NCBI GenBank assembly: GCA_963804165.1
Contig: CAWDPO010000046.1
Coordinates: 1-64,000, forward strand
DNA length: 64,000 nucleotides
Source: an uncultured delta proteobacterium
GTDB taxonomy: Bacteria > Desulfobacterota > Binatia > UBA9968
Direction: 5' to 3'
Numbering within the stretch: the first letter of the stretch is position 1; every line of letters begins with the position of its first letter. The notes under the pieces were generated by a model. It was not told where the DNA came from. It searched no databases and worked only from the letters and a program-made list of their open reading frames with translations. A program made the translations under genes and the position numbers. This document shows, in pieces, positions 62,285 through 64,000 of this stretch.

Positions 62285-63328
62285 CTAGAATCCGTATTTC
62301 TCCTGAGCGGCAAGCGCGATGTTCAGAGCCGGCTTGAGTTGGGGCCGCGCACTCACTGCGCGGTAAGCCTCTTTTACCGGCTCGTCGCGCAAAATATCTT
62401 TGACCGGAATCGGGCGCGCGAGTTTCCCGGCCTTGACCATTTCGTCGACGATTCTTTCGATCGCCGAGGGTGCCACGGCGCCGTCGACGGGCAGTGCCCA
62501 ACTCTCCACCCGGTCGGGCGAGGTGACAATGGCCACGACGCCGCGCTCGTCTTCGTTGTGCGTGCTGGATTTTCTGAGCCGCGCTTCGAGATCCTTGAGG
62601 TATAGGAAATTGTTCACGTCGCGCATGAACCAGAAGGCGCGAATGATCGCCCGAAAGTAAGCTTTCAGCTCGTCGCCGCGTTTCTCGATCATCTGCCCCG
62701 TTGCCATGGTCAGTTTTCCGGGCCGGCGCGGAAAAATTTTGTTCGGATCGAGAATCATCGGATAACCTTCGCGCTCGAGCTGATCGGCAAACGGCGGCTG
62801 GGAAGTGACGGCATCGATTTTCCCCGCGCGCAACATCTCCATATGCGCCGGATTATTGCGATAGCCGTAAACCGGATTGTACACCCATTGCACTTCTCTG
62901 AATGGCTCGACGCCGGCTTGGCGCAGCGCGTCGGTGATGAACACTTCCACCAGGCCTTCCTTTTCGCGCATGCCGATCCGGCCGCCGCGCAGCTTGCTCA
63001 TGTCCGTCACGTGCTTGGCGCCGTACCATTTGAGAAACGGCGTGTAGCGCCAGCCGCCGACGATATAAATGTCCGCGCCCTGAGTGCGCTGATGAATCGC
63101 CGCTTCGACATCCACGGCGGGGACAATGTCCACGCCGTGGTTCTTGATTGCCATCGCCAAACCTTCGCGCTCCAGGGGGCCGGGAATGAGACCGCGGGAA
63201 TCGTAGTCGTATTCGTTTAGACCTTCGTCGCTGAAAAAGCTTTGCTCTGTGGCGACGGCGATGGCGATGTGATGGCCAACGTGATAGTTGCTGTTGGCAA
63301 TCAAAATCGGCTGATCGAGCGTGCTCAT
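62285..63328 (-). CDS. SBP-fold (NMT1/THI5-like) protein without signal peptide
   Basis: RBS AAGGAG; IAVATEQSFFSDEGL; LRGGRIG; GKIDAVTSQPP; no hydrophobic N-terminus. Confidence 0.75.
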   Translation of the reverse strand: MSTLDQPILIANSNYHVGHHIAIAVATEQSFFSDEGLNEYDYDSRGLIPGPLEREGLAMAIKNHGVDIVPAVDVEAAIHQRTQGADIYIVGGWRYTPFLKWYGAKHVTDMSKLRGGRIGMREKEGLVEVFITDALRQAGVEPFREVQWVYNPVYGYRNNPAHMEMLRAGKIDAVTSQPPFADQLEREGYPMILDPNKIFPRRPGKLTMATGQMIEKRGDELKAYFRAIIRAFWFMRDVNNFLYLKDLEARLRKSSTHNEDERGVVAIVTSPDRVESWALPVDGAVAPSAIERIVDEMVKAGKLARPIPVKDILRDEPVKEAYRAVSARPQLKPALNIALAAQEKYGF

Positions 63329-63382
63329 GGCGGCTCCTTTTTTGTGATCTGTGCGGTCAAATTTAAGTCAATCAATCGCCAT

Positions 63383-64000
63383 TCACTTTCCGTATTGCCG
63401 GTTCATCTCGTCGAAGAAGCCCGAGCTTTCCAGTTCATTGACGAAGCGGGGTTCAATGAAACCTTCCGGATTCACCCCGGCGACTTCGGGGCTCGAGCGC
63501 GACAATAGATAGTGCATCGATTGGGCAACTTTCGCGGTCGGCGTGGGCTTCGTCATGAGCCGTTCTTTGTAAAGATTGTAGATCGTGCTCAAAACTTCCG
63601 GGTCGTTGCTCGCCACGTATTTTCTTAGCGTTGCCAAAGCGAAGTCGGGCTTAGCCCGATATAGATATAGTCCTTCGATCCAGGCCTTAAGAAATCTGAG
63701 CGTGATGTCCGGATTTTTGTTGACGTAAGACCGGCGCACGAGGATACCGGAACCGGAGATTTCGATCGGCAGTTTGGAATAGTCGATCAGCGGTTTGAAT
63801 CCCATCTTCGTCGCTGTCACGGTCTGGATGCCGGCGATGATGACGCCGTGGAGGCGACCGGTCTGCAGCCCGCTCAAGCGGGCGCCGAGATCGCCGACCG
63901 GAAGGATCGTCACGTCTTTATCCGAAATATTGTTAAGCCGCAGCCCTTCGCGCAGAAGAATATCGGTCAGAGAAGCGGCGGTGCTCATGCCCAGCACTTT
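63383..64000 (-). CDS. ABC-type solute-binding protein (NMT1/SsuA-like), 5' part outside the window
   Basis: DVTILPVG..RLSGLQTG; NPDITLRFLKA; FIEPRFVNELESSGF. Confidence 0.85.
   Translation of the reverse strand, partial: KVLGMSTAASLTDILLREGLRLNNISDKDVTILPVGDLGARLSGLQTGRLHGVIIAGIQTVTATKMGFKPLIDYSKLPIEISGSGILVRRSYVNKNPDITLRFLKAWIEGLYLYRAKPDFALATLRKYVASNDPEVLSTIYNLYKERLMTKPTPTAKVAQSMHYLLSRSSPEVAGVNPEGFIEPRFVNELESSGFFDEMNRQYGK

Overview
GC-rich bacterial chromosomal window with about 55 genes. The gene content (many NMT1/THI5/SsuA-type solute-binding proteins, TPP enzymes, amidohydrolase) is reminiscent of Binatia/deltaproteobacterial genomes; that taxonomy is inference only. Housekeeping genes: aroG, asnS, ATP-dependent DNA ligase, mutY, mtgA, bfr, tatD, glsA. 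About 13 genes are broken by indel frameshifts, densest in the first 10 kb, which looks like long-read error rather than pseudogenisation. Main points: (1) an exported DipZ/TlpA-type thioredoxin has an in-frame UGA at the catalytic position (WTYG-U-INC) and a SECIS-like hairpin, so it is a probable selenoprotein; it lies directly upstream of msrPQ and near a Tat-exported MsrB. (2) An intact IS481-family element has inserted, with a 6-bp target duplication, into the palindrome of a MITE-like repeat whose empty copy is also in the window. (3) Intergenic spaces carry several kinds of REP-like palindromes and 7-9-nt tandem-repeat hairpins. (4) A membrane-anchored coiled-coil protein of about 1040 aa is built of ten 78/71-aa repeats. 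(5) comDE-like genes are divergent from a tripartite tricarboxylate transporter, and there is a two-TPP-enzyme catabolic operon. I found no rRNA, tRNA or CRISPR array.
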